Origin: Psilocybe cubensis
Lineage: Eukaryota
Direction of reading: 5' to 3'
Assembly (NCBI GenBank): GCA_017499595.2
Contig: CM039007.1
Span: forward strand, 2,480,001 to 2,544,000
DNA: 64,000 nt
Shown here one piece after another: positions 14,070 through 27,594 of the stretch. The notes below the pieces were generated by a model. It was not told where the DNA came from, did not search any database, and saw only the letters and a program-made list of their open reading frames with translations. Position 1 is the first letter of the stretch; the number at the start of each line of letters is the position of its first letter. Made by a program: the position numbers and the translations under genes.

Positions 14070-15162
14070 GTACCGTGGATTATCATGCATAGAATGACAT
14101 TCCTTGTTTGTACACATACCTAAGTACCATTCTCGGTGATGATGAACATGAACACAAGTGCCTTACATCCATTTTTGAGTCCCTTTCGTCAACCATGTAT
14201 CCATGGTATCTGCTGCATCGGGAAGACAAAGAATTTCGTCTTAACAGCTTTCCCTCGGTCTCTACTTTTCTTACATACGTTAAAACAGTAACAGAGCCAA
14301 GTAACAGGACCACGGGTATCAGGATTTAAGCATCTACTGGGTCCTCGTGTTCATGTGTTGGGGAGAAGGTTTCATTTCTGACTGGGGCAGTTCATTGGAT
14401 AACCAAATGGGCTCATGGGGACATGAACACAAAGGCTATCCAACATTATCGGATATTAAATGCCCACAAACGCTAGTGTTAGGTATGTGATTTGCTGCCT
14501 CTAGGACGATGTGATACATCTACTGAACGTTCATTTCTGTATCCCTATATTTGGAAAGTTCACCCTGAGCTATACTTTCACGAAATTGGGGGAAGACGCA
14601 ACTCCGAAGCCAACGCGGTCCCTCCCGGAGTCCGCCAATTCCACACATGGGTGGGATTTCCTTCGTGTACAATTACAATGCAGATGGCCATTACTCAAAT
14701 GGGTGAGCTGATGATATTTAATATAACCTCGTTTCTTACGACTGACGTATCATATACCAATGTTTAGTGCCAGGACACATGCCTTGTATTGGTTCTCAAC
14801 TCTAATGCTATTCGTCCCTTTCATTTAGGTTTTCAGGACCTATTTATGGCAACATTCTTCTATACACCTGCACGGGTCTGGACTCAACGTCTTTGTGGTG
14901 CGCTGATTGTAAATTTTGCCCAGTTGTCCCTTCGTTATCTCCCCAACTGCTGGTTATACCAGCGGCACTAAGATCTGATCCGCAGATTGCAGATCTCACT
15001 ATCAGCGTCATATGCCGCAAGTTAAACTGAAACCTACCTCAAACCGCCTTGCGTGTATTAACATGGTGCCTATGAGCTGCACATTCTCTTTATGGGCGCT
15101 ATCGTTGTATCCTTTAAAAACTGGCATTCTGGTTAATAAGTTAGAGTCACCAAACGCAAAAT

Positions 15163-17286
15163 ATGGCTTCATACCTGGAGACAATTCCCCTTGACATTTT
15201 ACAACACATTGCCGTTCTCTCGGGATCGTCGTCTGCGTTAGAGCCTCCCGGAAATTTATACCGACTCTTGCAAACGTCCTCCACCATCTACCAATCGTTG
15301 AATGCCCATTTGTCCCCCCACATCTACTCCCGATTATTTTCTTCTAAATTCGACACCAGGGCGCATTGTCGAAGGTATAGAGGTCGACTCCCGGACTCGG
15401 CATTCGCTGCCGAACTGTTATGCCGTTCGAAGCTGCTTAGACGCTCTCACCGTGCGGAATTGTCCACCGATGGACTGATTCAGGACTTGTGGACGGCATT
15501 ATGGATGTTCTTGGAGAACGACAGTCTCAACGAGCAACAACTTCTTGCCGCTGGCTTTCCCCATTTTCTCTTGTCTTTGGCCCGTATGAAGCTCTCCGAT
15601 ACAGACACAGACGGTCGGACCGACAACTACACAATTAAGATGCTCATCATCTGGTTACTTAGTTTAACCCTCTCCAGGCGTAAGGAGACTTTCGCGCTCG
15701 GAATCGTTCCGTGGATGCTGAAGTTCAATTCTATTTTCAGAAATTATCATGGACATGTCTAAAGCTCACCGAGACGAGCTTTATGGCCTAATCTACCCTT
15801 ACATATTTATGGATAAGCAGGTGAGATCGCTTCCATGAGGGTGTGATATATCCCACGCCTTGCTAATCATATTCACCGTCCTCCTTGGTTGTCACTTTTT
15901 GGCCGTGCGCACTCTGAACCTTTACGTGCTTCTGACGACGGTGTTCAGGAAATACCCCCGAAACTTCGGACTTCAGGAGATTCTGGCCACACTATGCCAG
16001 TGTACGTCTATCTGTGTAGACAGATGCCCCTGGTCCCAGAACCTGCGATCGCGGCCATACATCTGACGCTTGTATTACTTGAGAGTAACACCCTTCAGAT
16101 ACCACCACACCTCCCAGAGACTCGGGCAATTGCAATTGCAACGTTGAGGTCAGGACCGACGATAGAGGACTACAGATTTATGGCGTCTTATGAGACTACG
16201 CTCTCTAAAGCGACTCACCGTTCACCAGATCCAGCGTGTGCTGCTTTACCCATTTCGACAGAGCCAGATCCGAGCACGAATAACGACATGTTCTTTGGTG
16301 CCATTTTGCGGTCTTTAGGCGAGGCACAGAGCACAGAGACATTTGCTTACACCCCGGGAACAATGTCGGGCCTATGGGAAGGGGTATTCAGAGTTAGTCC
16401 TCTCAATTTTTGGTCACGTCTATCTGAGCGGCATTTTTGAAAGAGGCTAACTGGATTTAGATTTTGAACATGCCAATCACAAACATCGATTCTTCTGCAG
16501 ACCACGACTCTCTGTTTTCTTCTGGCCTTATCTTCCCCATGCAATGTGCCATGGTGGAGTTCGTATGCTCGGATTTTGGAATCCAATCCAATCCGTTAGA
16601 CCCTGATATTCTGGTCGACTCCGACATTTGTCCCCCGCATTTGATCAGCACGGTGAGAAACTATAGATATTGACATTCGTCAAGTAATTTCCTCCGCTTA
16701 CTACTGACAAAATCTCTATTTTGCGCAGAATGACACCGAGCTCGCGTTCAACGGTCGCAGATATAAAAAGCACACTATCCACTCAGGCACAGCGCCGGCC
16801 AACGACGACATCGAAACCAAAATCCCTGCCCAGGAGGCGCGATCGTGCTCTGACGTGATGCTGCTGGGCCAGGTTTGGACTTCCTTTCCCCGTATATCGA
16901 CGTATATCATTTTCTTCTAACGAGGCACAGACGCTAGACGACTACGATCAAGCCTGGGGAGGCTACAAGTTCTCTGGAAGAGTTACAAACAACGGGCGGG
17001 TCCTTCTCAAACGGGAACAGGTAAGCACCTGACAAACTTCCCTCACTGAACGTACAACTCATTGGGAACGCCCACCACATTCAAAACAAAATATCTTGCA
17101 TTTATAAATCCTGGTTCCCGCTTTGCTGACTCCCAGAAATACACGGATGGCCAACAGCGCGGTGTTTGGATATTCGAGGGATATTTACGATCCGACTCGC
17201 TTCTCCTTGGACGCTGGAGAGTTTCGGGAAATCCCAGTGCCGTCGACAAAGGTGTTTTTAGCATGGGAAAGGCTCGCGGGAGATAG
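15163..17286 (+). CDS. F-box-like domain protein, paralog 3
   Basis: N-terminus LETIPLDILQHIA..PP..HIYSRLFSSKFD. Internal GTMSGLWEGVF and AWGGYKFSGRV. C-terminal WIFEGYL..LLGRWR..GVFSMGK. Multi-exon. Confidence 0.8.
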
Positions 17287-20200
17287 CATGTTGACTTTGT
17301 TCGTGAAGATCAGCTGGGGTACCTTGGGGATTGGGACGGCGGATTAAGGCGCGGGTTCGTGGTGCTACTAACACAGATTATGGGCAGGGGTGGAGGGGGT
17401 GTGGTTCGATTTGCCTTTTGCTTACTCTATTTTGTGTATCTTAATCTCAAATGTTGATTGTTTCCTTTTTTCATTCGTCGGACAATTTTGGCGCCAACCT
17501 CGCCGATCATTCCTTCCCCTTTGAGAGGTGGTCGATGCTTAAATTATACCTTTTTACGGCCTTAATACCCTAACAATATCGGATCAGTTCGACAGGAAGT
17601 GAAGCTGACAAGGCACGAGGCTTGAATGTGAGTGTAAATGTGAACATGCCCGTCGTTGTTCACAGGGACCAGGGAATACAAGAAACTTAAGGCTACACGA
17701 TGGTAGTCGACTGACTCTTTCTGTTCCTTTTGGGTGTCCGTGATGAATGTCAACTGGCACGAGACTAAAAAGTAGAACACGTAGTACTAGTTAGCTTCCA
17801 GGCGTCACTGATGTTGATGGCGGCTGAAAGTTATACTAATTCTGACTAACGAAAGCTGGCGTTTTCTCATAGAAAGGATTGTTTTCCTGAGAGCAGTGTC
17901 CATCAATAAGCAGTCGATCGAGCGTAGTCTGTCTTTCGATTCAGCGGTTCTAGTCGACGGCGGTGAAAAAAAAGAATCGTGCCGCGTGCCAGTGTGCGTG
18001 CCAGTGTGCGCGTACGTATGTACGTATACACTGGATTGCCTCACGACACACCCTGCCGCCGACGACTGACGAGCTAGGAGTATTATTGATACAGTCAAAC
18101 TCTCAACATAAAACGCGTCTGAATCCAAAGGTGGGTGGTATTTATCTCCGCCTATGATAGAATTTACTCTCTGGGCGGCGGCGAAGACCCAAGCGCATAG
18201 ATGCCTTTTTCACCAGATGTTTCATAACTATGCTGGTTATAATAGTCGGGAAGGAAAGGAACAACTCAATTCGGGAAAAATTGTTGCGGGAAAGGTAGAT
18301 CGATACAGACATGGAGATCTCGTACAGACAGCGCGCGTATAGTGGTTTGGGTACGGGAAGGAGAGAACGAGGCTCGGGAAAAAATCGTTGCAAGAATGTA
18401 GGTAGTAGATTGATACGGAAACACGCTTTGTTATACAGCCAAAGGAAAGAAAAACCGTTCCGCCTCGCTTCAAAGTTCTATCATGCGCGTCAGCTTCATG
18501 ATCTACGTATGTACCTGGGACCAAACTTAGGCCGCCCTTTGGACGTGAACGCCGTTCTTCATTTCATTTACATTTTTTTTTTAGAAAAGAGATTACATAT
18601 GTCAGGCGAATCGACCGTGATGCCGACATCCCTGCCGTCGCATCATGTCTTCTTTTTTGTTCTTTTTTGACATTCAGCCAGCTAGCTGTACTTACTCCGA
18701 ATGCATATGTAAGATTAATTCTTGGATGGATGAAAAAACTTTGTCGGCCTGTGATTGCAGGTTGACATTGTGAATTGCCAAGTACGTTCATTGGTCACGC
18801 AAAGGTTAAAAAAATATACATATTCAACCAACAATCCCTCACAATTCAATTCCATGGCATACAAAATACCTGTATCAGTCTAGTATTTCAATGGTCTCTG
18901 TATAAATATATCATCTATTTCGACAATATCATTCACTGAATGAATGATGATGACAATGATGATGAGGGCTGGCATGAGTAGGGCTGAGGGAACAATGAAT
19001 TAAACGGATAGTAAAGAAAGCCATATCAAGTGAATTATGCAGTAAGATAGAAGCGCAAGTGTATTGTGTGGAGTGGGTGCATTCGTGAATGGCCGTGCCC
19101 GGGGAACAGCTGCGTCGTCCGAAGTGGGAGTGAGAACAAATAGCGAGATAGCGCTGAGGTCATTGAGGCATTCAATTGTATGCATTAAAGCATTTTCGGG
19201 AATGGGCTTATCAATGGATAGTATTTGGCGGTATTAAAGTGTAGACTGCATGGTCCAGACTCGGAAAGGTTGAAGGTTGAAGGTGGAGGTGGAAGCTTAA
19301 GCCTGTAGCTGGACCAATGACATTGGTGAATCCCTTCAGAATACAGCGGGTATGATATAATCCCCCTGTGCAGGATTAGACTCCAGAGTCATTGCAGTCA
19401 GCTGTTGGCACAATCTACAGTGTCAACTCACACCCACCCAACCCCAAAATAAGAACATGGCCACCACATTCTCCCGAGTTCTCAGATGCGTAGTTATCGG
19501 ATCCATCGCGTCCTGGCAGGCTCAATGTGTCAGTGGACAGACGGGAGGGCGTGTATTGCGCGCGCGGGCGCGCACGAGATGCATACGCATGAGAGATTGC
19601 CTTCAGTTAGGGGATAAGTTTAAAATATCATTCGGTAAACCTGCATCGATAAACTCGGGTGTTCAGGATCATGATATCCTCCGTCCTGGGTCATCCCCCA
19701 CACACGCATTGTGCGCCTGTGCGCCTGACCCTGCTCATGAGCTGGATATTCAGGCACATCGGGGGAGCTGCGCTGCGCGCTGCTCATTGCTGTTCATGCG
19801 AGATGGGAAGCCGGATATCGAAGATGTTAGCCCAGTGAGGGGTTTCGGAACCTACCCAGCGGGCACATCCACGACTGTACATTGTAACAGTCATCTCACC
19901 ACATGAATATTTTTCCGATATCGACGTGCGCAGAAAACATGACGTGTGTTCGAGTCTAGAAGAGAAGAAATGTAAAGTGAAGTGAAGTCGAAATCAAGAA
20001 GCAAGGCCACTTCGCCCCGTCCAGCAGAGTTCCGTCAGACGACCCCATGTTCTTTACCCACAGAGGCTGGAGCCGCGACGCGCGCAGAAAATGTGAGATC
20101 CTCGCGAAGTTGAGAGGGTGAGAGCGCGAGCTGTGCCGCATAACGTTACTGTCAAAGAAAGTAAAAAAAAGGGTAAGCGATCAAGAAAGGTGCACCGGAG

Positions 20201-21319
20201 TACTAGCGTAATTTGCACGGGCAAATTTGAAATTCGGAAACCTGGATAACCTGTCACTCCAAATCTTATCAGTTGTAACCTTGATTGATACATTTCTCCC
20301 TCATAGGTTGAGTTGCGTGGGTTTGATAACGGGTTTACTTGATTTTCTTACTTCATTGATGATGGGAGACCATTGGAAGACCTAACTTTCGCAACCGCCT
20401 AACGTACCTATGTTTGGCTAGAGTATCATTTTCGTGTTACAGACTTCTTTTCAGGCCTTGAACGGAGTTTCACGACATTTACTTAACGCAGGGATTTGAA
20501 AGGTTTTCTTCAGCAAACGGAAGGTGTAATAACGGCACGAATTATGCATACCTTTCGAGTTTCGTCTTGATGCGCGGCGCTAGGAGTTCACGGAGTATAC
20601 TATAGCCAAGTTGTGTTTGATTTCCACAGCGAGATCGTCGAATTGCACCCCTGCGTGGAGAAAAATTCCTGTCTTGCCGTAATTTGTGATAAAAGTCTTT
20701 CGCCCAGAAAACAGCAGAAAGGCGACGTAAACTGGATGTTCATTGTCGGTCTAGGAAGTCTTGCGCCTAACGTCAATGTCTTCTTTGTGCATGTCGCCTT
20801 TTGGTCAGTTTAATTGGAGCGGGTAGCGTTTCATGAGGTTACGCGTCCACAAGCATCCTAATGAGCGCGTTGATTCAGAGCGGAATTCCACGCGAGAACC
20901 GCCTGACTTGGAGATTGTGGCCTTCATGTACGACATCCGATTTCTGTTCGCGTTCTAGGGTTCCAGCGACAATGTTTGTTGGCAGGCGCGTCTGCAGCAT
21001 TCTGAATGTTTTCCCAGCCATCATTCGTTGAACAGCAATCTTCGAGTAGCAGAGAAGCCCCAATGAGCTTAAGCAATGGTTGTGAGTAGTCGAACACGAC
21101 CCGCGGTGGATAATAATAATGATGGATTGGTTTGTACCCTCAATGCCATGGCAATGTCGCTGAAGGTTCCGCCACCGCAGTGTTTGGTTGTGTTTTGACG
21201 GCACGTTTGCAGAACAATGATTGATGCAGCTTTTCTCTCAGCAACACCACCTTCTCGCCGTCATTGTCGTCGCCAGCGGTTAACCAGTACACTCCTTCAT
21301 CCACACCACCAACGAAAAA

Positions 21320-22347
21320 ATGCTCAAAACTATCACCATTGTCTCCGTTCTCGCTACCGCTGCTCTTGCTCAGAGCTCAGTGAGTATATCCGTGTCGTGC
21401 ATCAACAATTTCTCATAAATTTGCAGTCTGCATCAGCGTCGTCGTCGTCGGCGTCGCCATCGTCGACCGCCAATCCTTTGATTCCTTCGGGCATTAGCCA
21501 GACCTGCTCGTCGTTCTTGTCGAGCCTCAACAGCGACTCTTCGTTGACGAGCTGCCTGTCGTCCCTGTCTTCGGCAACCTCTGCCTTTGCCCCGGGCAGC
21601 TCGACCTCTCCCTCTTCTGCCGCTGTGACGACGGCGCTCGGAAACCTTTGCACCGACTCCATCTCTAGCGCTTGCTCCGAGTCGCTTGTTCGCTCCAAGA
21701 TCGCCGCTTTCTACACTGCGTGCACCAGCGAATTGACCACCAGCCGTAGCGAGGATGTGGTCAAAATTTACGACGTTCTCTACACTATCCTTCCTCTCCG
21801 CACATCCGTTTGCTCCAAAGACGACTCTGGCTCGTGGTGTGTTATGGCCGACACCACCTCCACACGCGAGGACAGCGAGGACTCAGGGGAGACCTCCACC
21901 TTGAGCCTGGCCAAACTCATGGCGATGCTCTACACCAAGAACTCCGCCCTGCAGCGCCGCGCTCCCGTGTCCGCCATCGTTCCCAACATCACCACTTACC
22001 ACGACACAAACCTGCCCTTCATCTTCTTCAAGCCCAGCCTCGATGCCACCAGGCTTTGCACGACGTGCTCACGTAATGTTCTCACGGCCTACATCAACTT
22101 CGAGTCAAACACCCCCTATGCACCCGGTCTCAGCCAGAGTCTGCTCCTGAGCACCCAGTCCGACCTTTACAGCGCCATCCAGCAGAAATGCCCTGCCAAC
22201 TTCCTCAGTGGCGCCGTTCAGGCTGCCGGTGGGCTTTCTGGCGGTACCTTCTCATCCGGCGCGGTCTCCACCGTCGGCGCCGCATCTTCCGGCCTCTTTG
22301 CCATCGCCATGGGTGTTGCCACTTTAGGCTTCTCGGTTGCTTTCTAA
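21320..22347 (+). CDS. Secreted Ser/Thr- and Cys-rich, probably GPI-anchored cell-surface protein
   Basis: Exon 1 21320-21379 encodes the signal peptide MLKTITIVSVLATAALA. Intron 21380-21426. Exon 2 is Ser-rich with several Cys and an internal RR. C-terminus has SSGA followed by a hydrophobic tail. Strong C-ending codon bias. Confidence 0.88.
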
Positions 22348-25300
22348 AGTCATAGCTGAGCTATAATTCATGATCTTATGATCTAAACTTCGGGGCGTGC
22401 CCTGCAGGCTTTTTTACTTACTCACATCTCCGCCCCCTCGAGCTTACCAAGTTATCTTTTTCCTCATTACTTGCTATTTTTTTCTAAAGTATATACCCCA
22501 AGGGTAGTTCGCGGGCGGTAAATCATTATTATCAGTGAAATAACATTACTGGTACATACATACATCACATCACATCTGGCATTGATCTATTCAAGGATTA
22601 TTTATCAGTAGAGTCGTGTGGCATGGCATAACTTACAGGATTTGCAATTACACAAGATACGGTTTCTTCCTCTGAATTCGGGAACCATGACGGAGTGTTC
22701 CAGACCCAGGAACCCTACAAGCGTCATAGAAAGAATGTGAATTTGCAAAGGAAAAAAAGCTTGAAGCAAGATTGGAATTTGAATATACGTGCCAGGTCCA
22801 ATCATGACGCATCAACTGTACTTAACAACGTACAACGCACGCTTGTACAGTGGACATACATAGCGTTCTATAAAAAGCTTTACACGCGTTCCGGCGTTTT
22901 GCGACCGAAGGAAATTCAGAACCCGCAGATGGTCACGAAAGGTTCACAAACGCAGGTACAGTACCAGCTTCTTGGAACCGGAAGGACACAGAGATCAAGT
23001 GGGACGGCGCGGCTGAGAAGAAGTTTTGGATGTGTTTTGCCCATTTTTGTTGTACTTTTTTGCGGGTCTTTTTTGCCGTGGAATGATACCAGAATTAAAC
23101 GTTGAATATGAATGCCGGATTGCATGGCGGAGCTCAGGCTCAGACAGCTTACGCTTATTTACAGTTAGTTAAAAAATAGAAAGCGGGAATTTGAGGATCA
23201 GCTCTATCTACGTGTATGGAAAACCTGATAGATAGGAAGTGAAAAAATGAGCTCCACAAAAGCGACTTGTGACTCTACCTCAGGCTCCAGGAGAACTTCT
23301 CCCGTGTTGACAAAATGCATTATACAGCAATCAATCTTTTCATTGTACTCGCTATGGAAATGCACCCCCGATCATACTCGTTTGACATGGACAGTTGAGT
23401 TTAGGGTGGCATTGTATGTGTGTGTGCAGATAAGTGGGAGATTTGACGGTGGCCAATGAGACGCTCTTGGTTACGTTTTCTTTCTAATCTCAGGGTTCTT
23501 TGCGGAGCGGTGCATACACAGGCGTCCATACTCGGCCCCTCATGATTGCAACTTGCTAATAAAGCATAAAAAGAAAGAAAGATCTGAATGCTTACCTCAG
23601 TGATCCTGGCGCAAAGAGTTGACCCGGGTCTAATTAAACAGTTCTGAAGTAAGCAAGGGCAGAGAGGGTCCAATAACTCAACGGGTATCTTCGGTGTATT
23701 GTTTCTCACTTGAGATACATTTCTCCAGATGATTGTAAAATCAGTTGAAACAGGGCTTCGATCAATAGCCCTGTTTCTTGACTATCCTCCCAAAATAAAT
23801 CGCGACCACTTGTGTGTGTACCACTACTACGGTACACCCTCTCAAGCGGAGAGTTGAGTGGGCGTGTGTAGACGCCGAGTTTCTGGAAACATGCCTGTGA
23901 GGATCTGTAGCACGTTAGTTAATACAGTAACATACCAAGTAAATGTAAATATTAACAACGCCGTGATACGACCATACCATACTGGTTTTCACCCCCAATT
24001 GTAGGTTATACCAATCGCTAATTGTTAGTCGAAAACAGGCTTGGAACCCTCCGAATTCAAGGTCGCCGTTTTCCTTTGCAACAACCGTGTCTTCCCTAAC
24101 AGGTCAATGCTATTGTCGGAGAGCGCCGCCTACCTAACCTTCCCATGCCCACACTTAAATGCCACTGGCAGTCTAATATTCCCTTTCGAGACACCGCGGT
24201 TAGAAGCCGCAGAAGTCTATGCGGAAAAGTAGCAAAGTTATGACTTGGCACTGGACAAAATCACTGTACACGGAATTTTTTCAGAGCGGTTTGAGGAGTC
24301 TTATTTTCTCAAGGAGCGTTAGTCGGCACATCGTTTGATGCAATCTTCTCTTCTCTTCTCTTCGTCGACGCTCCTCGGATGAGCTAAGAGAGGGTTCATG
24401 AGCAACCTGAAAGCGCTAGAGTTCCAGTAAACCCTAGGCATTCATGTATCATATCTGGAGGGTGAAATCTCTTCAGATCCCCGTTTGTCTTTTCATCCTT
24501 TGCTCTGGGGCATGAGCAAACTCAATAACTACGGAGTTGGAGCCACCTACTACAGCACACATAACTTCCCTGAGTTCTAAACACTTTACATGTATGTCAA
24601 TATTAATCTAATCGCGTCATGCTACCACGGACACCTTCTTCTCGGTAGCACCGACAGGCTAACACTACGCACCAAATTGCAGCAGCCCATGAGAAGCGGG
24701 AATTACATAGGCGTGTGGGTTGCAGTAACCCAGTGTGTGCGCGCTTTACTTGAGTAAGTAAGTAGAAGGAGCATTCAGAAGACGACGTGAGGCCTGAAAG
24801 TCTAGACCGGCCTCGACAGCGAACCCTGACCCATTCAAATCCCTTGCTCGCGTCTGTCAGCTATGAATGTACTTAGTTGAATTAATGTTTTGATGCGTCT
24901 ATGCTAAATATAATGACATCAAAAAGACCTTGGCTGGCACAAACGGGCACGCATTGGATTTCAGTGGTACAAGCCTGCCGTTCATTATTCGGCACAAAAC
25001 TATACATATTATGTCCCCTTCTGTCATATGTGCGAGTGAAAGCTTTTAATTTCGCACTTTCCTAAAATGCCGAACATTGTGTGATGGATGTAAACTGTAG
25101 CAACGTCTATTCAGTGATCTGATTTCATTTCCCTACTTTTCATATATCACACGGGTGAGAGAGAGATGAATTTGAATTTGACTAGCGAAAGCTATGCTTA
25201 GTAGGCTCAGGTTCCGGGGAGCGTCAGAGTCAGTGAGGATGTAAAGTCAAGTGCCGACGTTGATCAAACCAATGGGATACCGTATGCATATCGCACAGAA

Positions 25301-27048
25301 GATTTGAAAAGAAGACGGCAATGAGCAGCCTTATTTTACACTCCTGGTTGAGACCCAGAATTTGAATTGCTGTTAGCCATTAGCTATAGATCTTTTACAC
25401 AATCACACCGTCAGTCCTCTCCGTTTACTTCCCCAAATTCACCACACGCCCGGCTATTGGTGACCACAATATTTATTTGGGTAGAAGTATTGTAAATGCA
25501 CAGCATAATGCCATAATAGCCCCTTTTTCGATGGTTGGGGTACGTGTGTTTGTAGTCCGAAGGCATTTACGCAGACGAGGGAGTACTAACATCGGAATCT
25601 CAGACAATGATTAAATCGAGAAAGCGCAGTTCAATAATGCTCCTATCTTTCGATAATGGACCCAAGGGTCTAGAGCCTTGGATTCTAGTACGCAGCACCT
25701 CGTGTGAGGGAGCCGTCTTTGAATAAATTCATGTAGTAGAAACAATTACAGTGTAGACGATCCAGTTACCAAGGATCCATTACTCAGACAGATTCCATCA
25801 TTAGTTGGTACAAGTTGGTGTATAGTCACGGATTACGAGACGTAGATAAATGTCACTGAGGTAGTTTATGTCAGCAATGGTAGGCATAACCGTGCCAAGC
25901 GAACACAAGGCAGTATCTATATATCAGAGATTTGTGGTGTTCTCCCATTGCCAGAAGAGAGGAGAAAATCGATTGACACTATTGAAATTAAATACTCTAT
26001 TTGGAAATTGGAGGATCCCCTATGTCCAGGGACGAACAGTGTGGCGCATGCATCGAATCCACGAAGTGTCCATATATGGCGCTCGACTGACCCATTATGG
26101 TATCCGATTCGCTTGGCGGGGAGCTGCGTCGGCATCAGATCGACATATCCTGTCAATTCCACATTCATATACTAAATGACCTCAGTATATAAATGCACAA
26201 GTGCCACAAGACCCTGGGAAGACTATGGTCGGGTGAGCATGATATTGAAAAGACCTTTTGCCACTCGGACGCCCAGAATATTCGGTCTTTGTCGTGCTAT
26301 AAAAACGGTGTTAAGCAAAATGTCAGTAATGATCTTCATATTGAGAAGCACTTAACATGATCCGTTCATAAATCAACCGTCGTATCCAAAATATTGAGCT
26401 GAAAGGCAGATATCGTGTTTCCAAATGCACTCGTCTTGGGAATGTCGGGGGAGCAACTTTGTGGGGTCAGACAATGTAATTTGGTATCCGACTTAGTAGA
26501 GAAAGTATTATTGTAATTAATTATATAGATACATTATGATTATAACGAAGTGAGGAACATCAGTACAGTTGAAGTCATACATGCATCAGAATTATAGCAG
26601 CGAAGTGAAAGTACATGATATAAGGTTTACATAGTGAATTGGTAACATAGTTGCTAAGTAGTCGTAGATTAGGGCTGAATTACAGTAGAAGTGGAGTTTA
26701 GACATAGATATGAATGACAAGACTCCCATACCGCCTTAAATAGGCTCGATAGGTGCGCATTCGAATAACAATGGATACATGGTTGTGAAAACAACAAAAA
26801 TAAACAATAGCGCGAAAAACAACAAGTAGAACATAGACACTGAATGAAGCCCTTTTTGACAGACATGGGTGGTCTTCATGATACAGGCCAAATAGACCAA
26901 GAATAAGAACCAGGGGGTCATACAAGTATGACCACAGGCCTGCAGTCGGTCAACCGAAGAATCGGCAGTTAATTCCACTGTATCAGTGGAGAAAAATCGT
27001 GAGAAAAGGTGTAAATCAAACAAATAGAAAGACACACCGCTAGAGCTT

Positions 27049-27195
27049 TTATCCAGCACAGTTGACGCAGGTAACTGCTTGTGTACGTACGTTTTCACTT
27101 GGCGATGCGCATTTCACAGTGCCCGGCCTGCAGTAAATCACCTTGTAAGTAACGGCATTACAGTTTTTACAGCGAATTTCCTGTGTAGTGCACAT
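27049..27195 (-). CDS. Small 48-aa 7-Cys protein (putative metal-binding), cassette copy 1
   Basis: MCTTQEIRCKNCNAVTYKVIYCRPGTVKCASPSENVRTQAVTCVNCAG. Cys spacing matches the ORF at 30706-30903, which sits in the equivalent position. Confidence 0.6.
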   Translation of the reverse strand: MCTTQEIRCKNCNAVTYKVIYCRPGTVKCASPSENVRTQAVTCVNCAG

Positions 27196-27594
27196 AGAGA
27201 TACGAGTGGGTTGTAGCACCATCTTTAAGACATTGAACACTCTTTAAAATGTCAATTTTGGCGCCAATATTGTTCAATAGGTGTCGAAAAGGTCGGGAGT
27301 ATGTCCCTACTGAGAGCCATAACTTTCCTAATGTGACCATTTCCCGAGCCATGCATTTATCGCCCACTAGGCCTCGATATAACTCAGTGGACACACAGTT
27401 TAAAAGGGCGGTAAGTCCATTTCAAGCCCTCGAGATCAGAGCTCGGTGGATGAACCGAAAGAATGGAAAGTCTATGTTAAGATCAGTCATTATTCAAGCT
27501 CCGCCTTTTCCAGATGTTGTGGGCTTGTCGTGATTCAACACGAGGCTTACTATCTACCTAATCTGCACTTGACCTACGACCCACAACACTCCAA

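Noticed and set aside
17986-18012. Short direct repeat GTGCCAGTGTGC x2
   Set aside because: Two units only. Not an array or CRISPR-like structure.
21217-21319. Upstream ATG of the 376-aa ORF
   Set aside because: It reads through an intron. The real start is 21320, which gives a signal peptide after splicing.
25868-26179. Overlapping short ORFs considered as a possible third cassette copy
   Set aside because: No Cys skeleton or kinase-like motifs.
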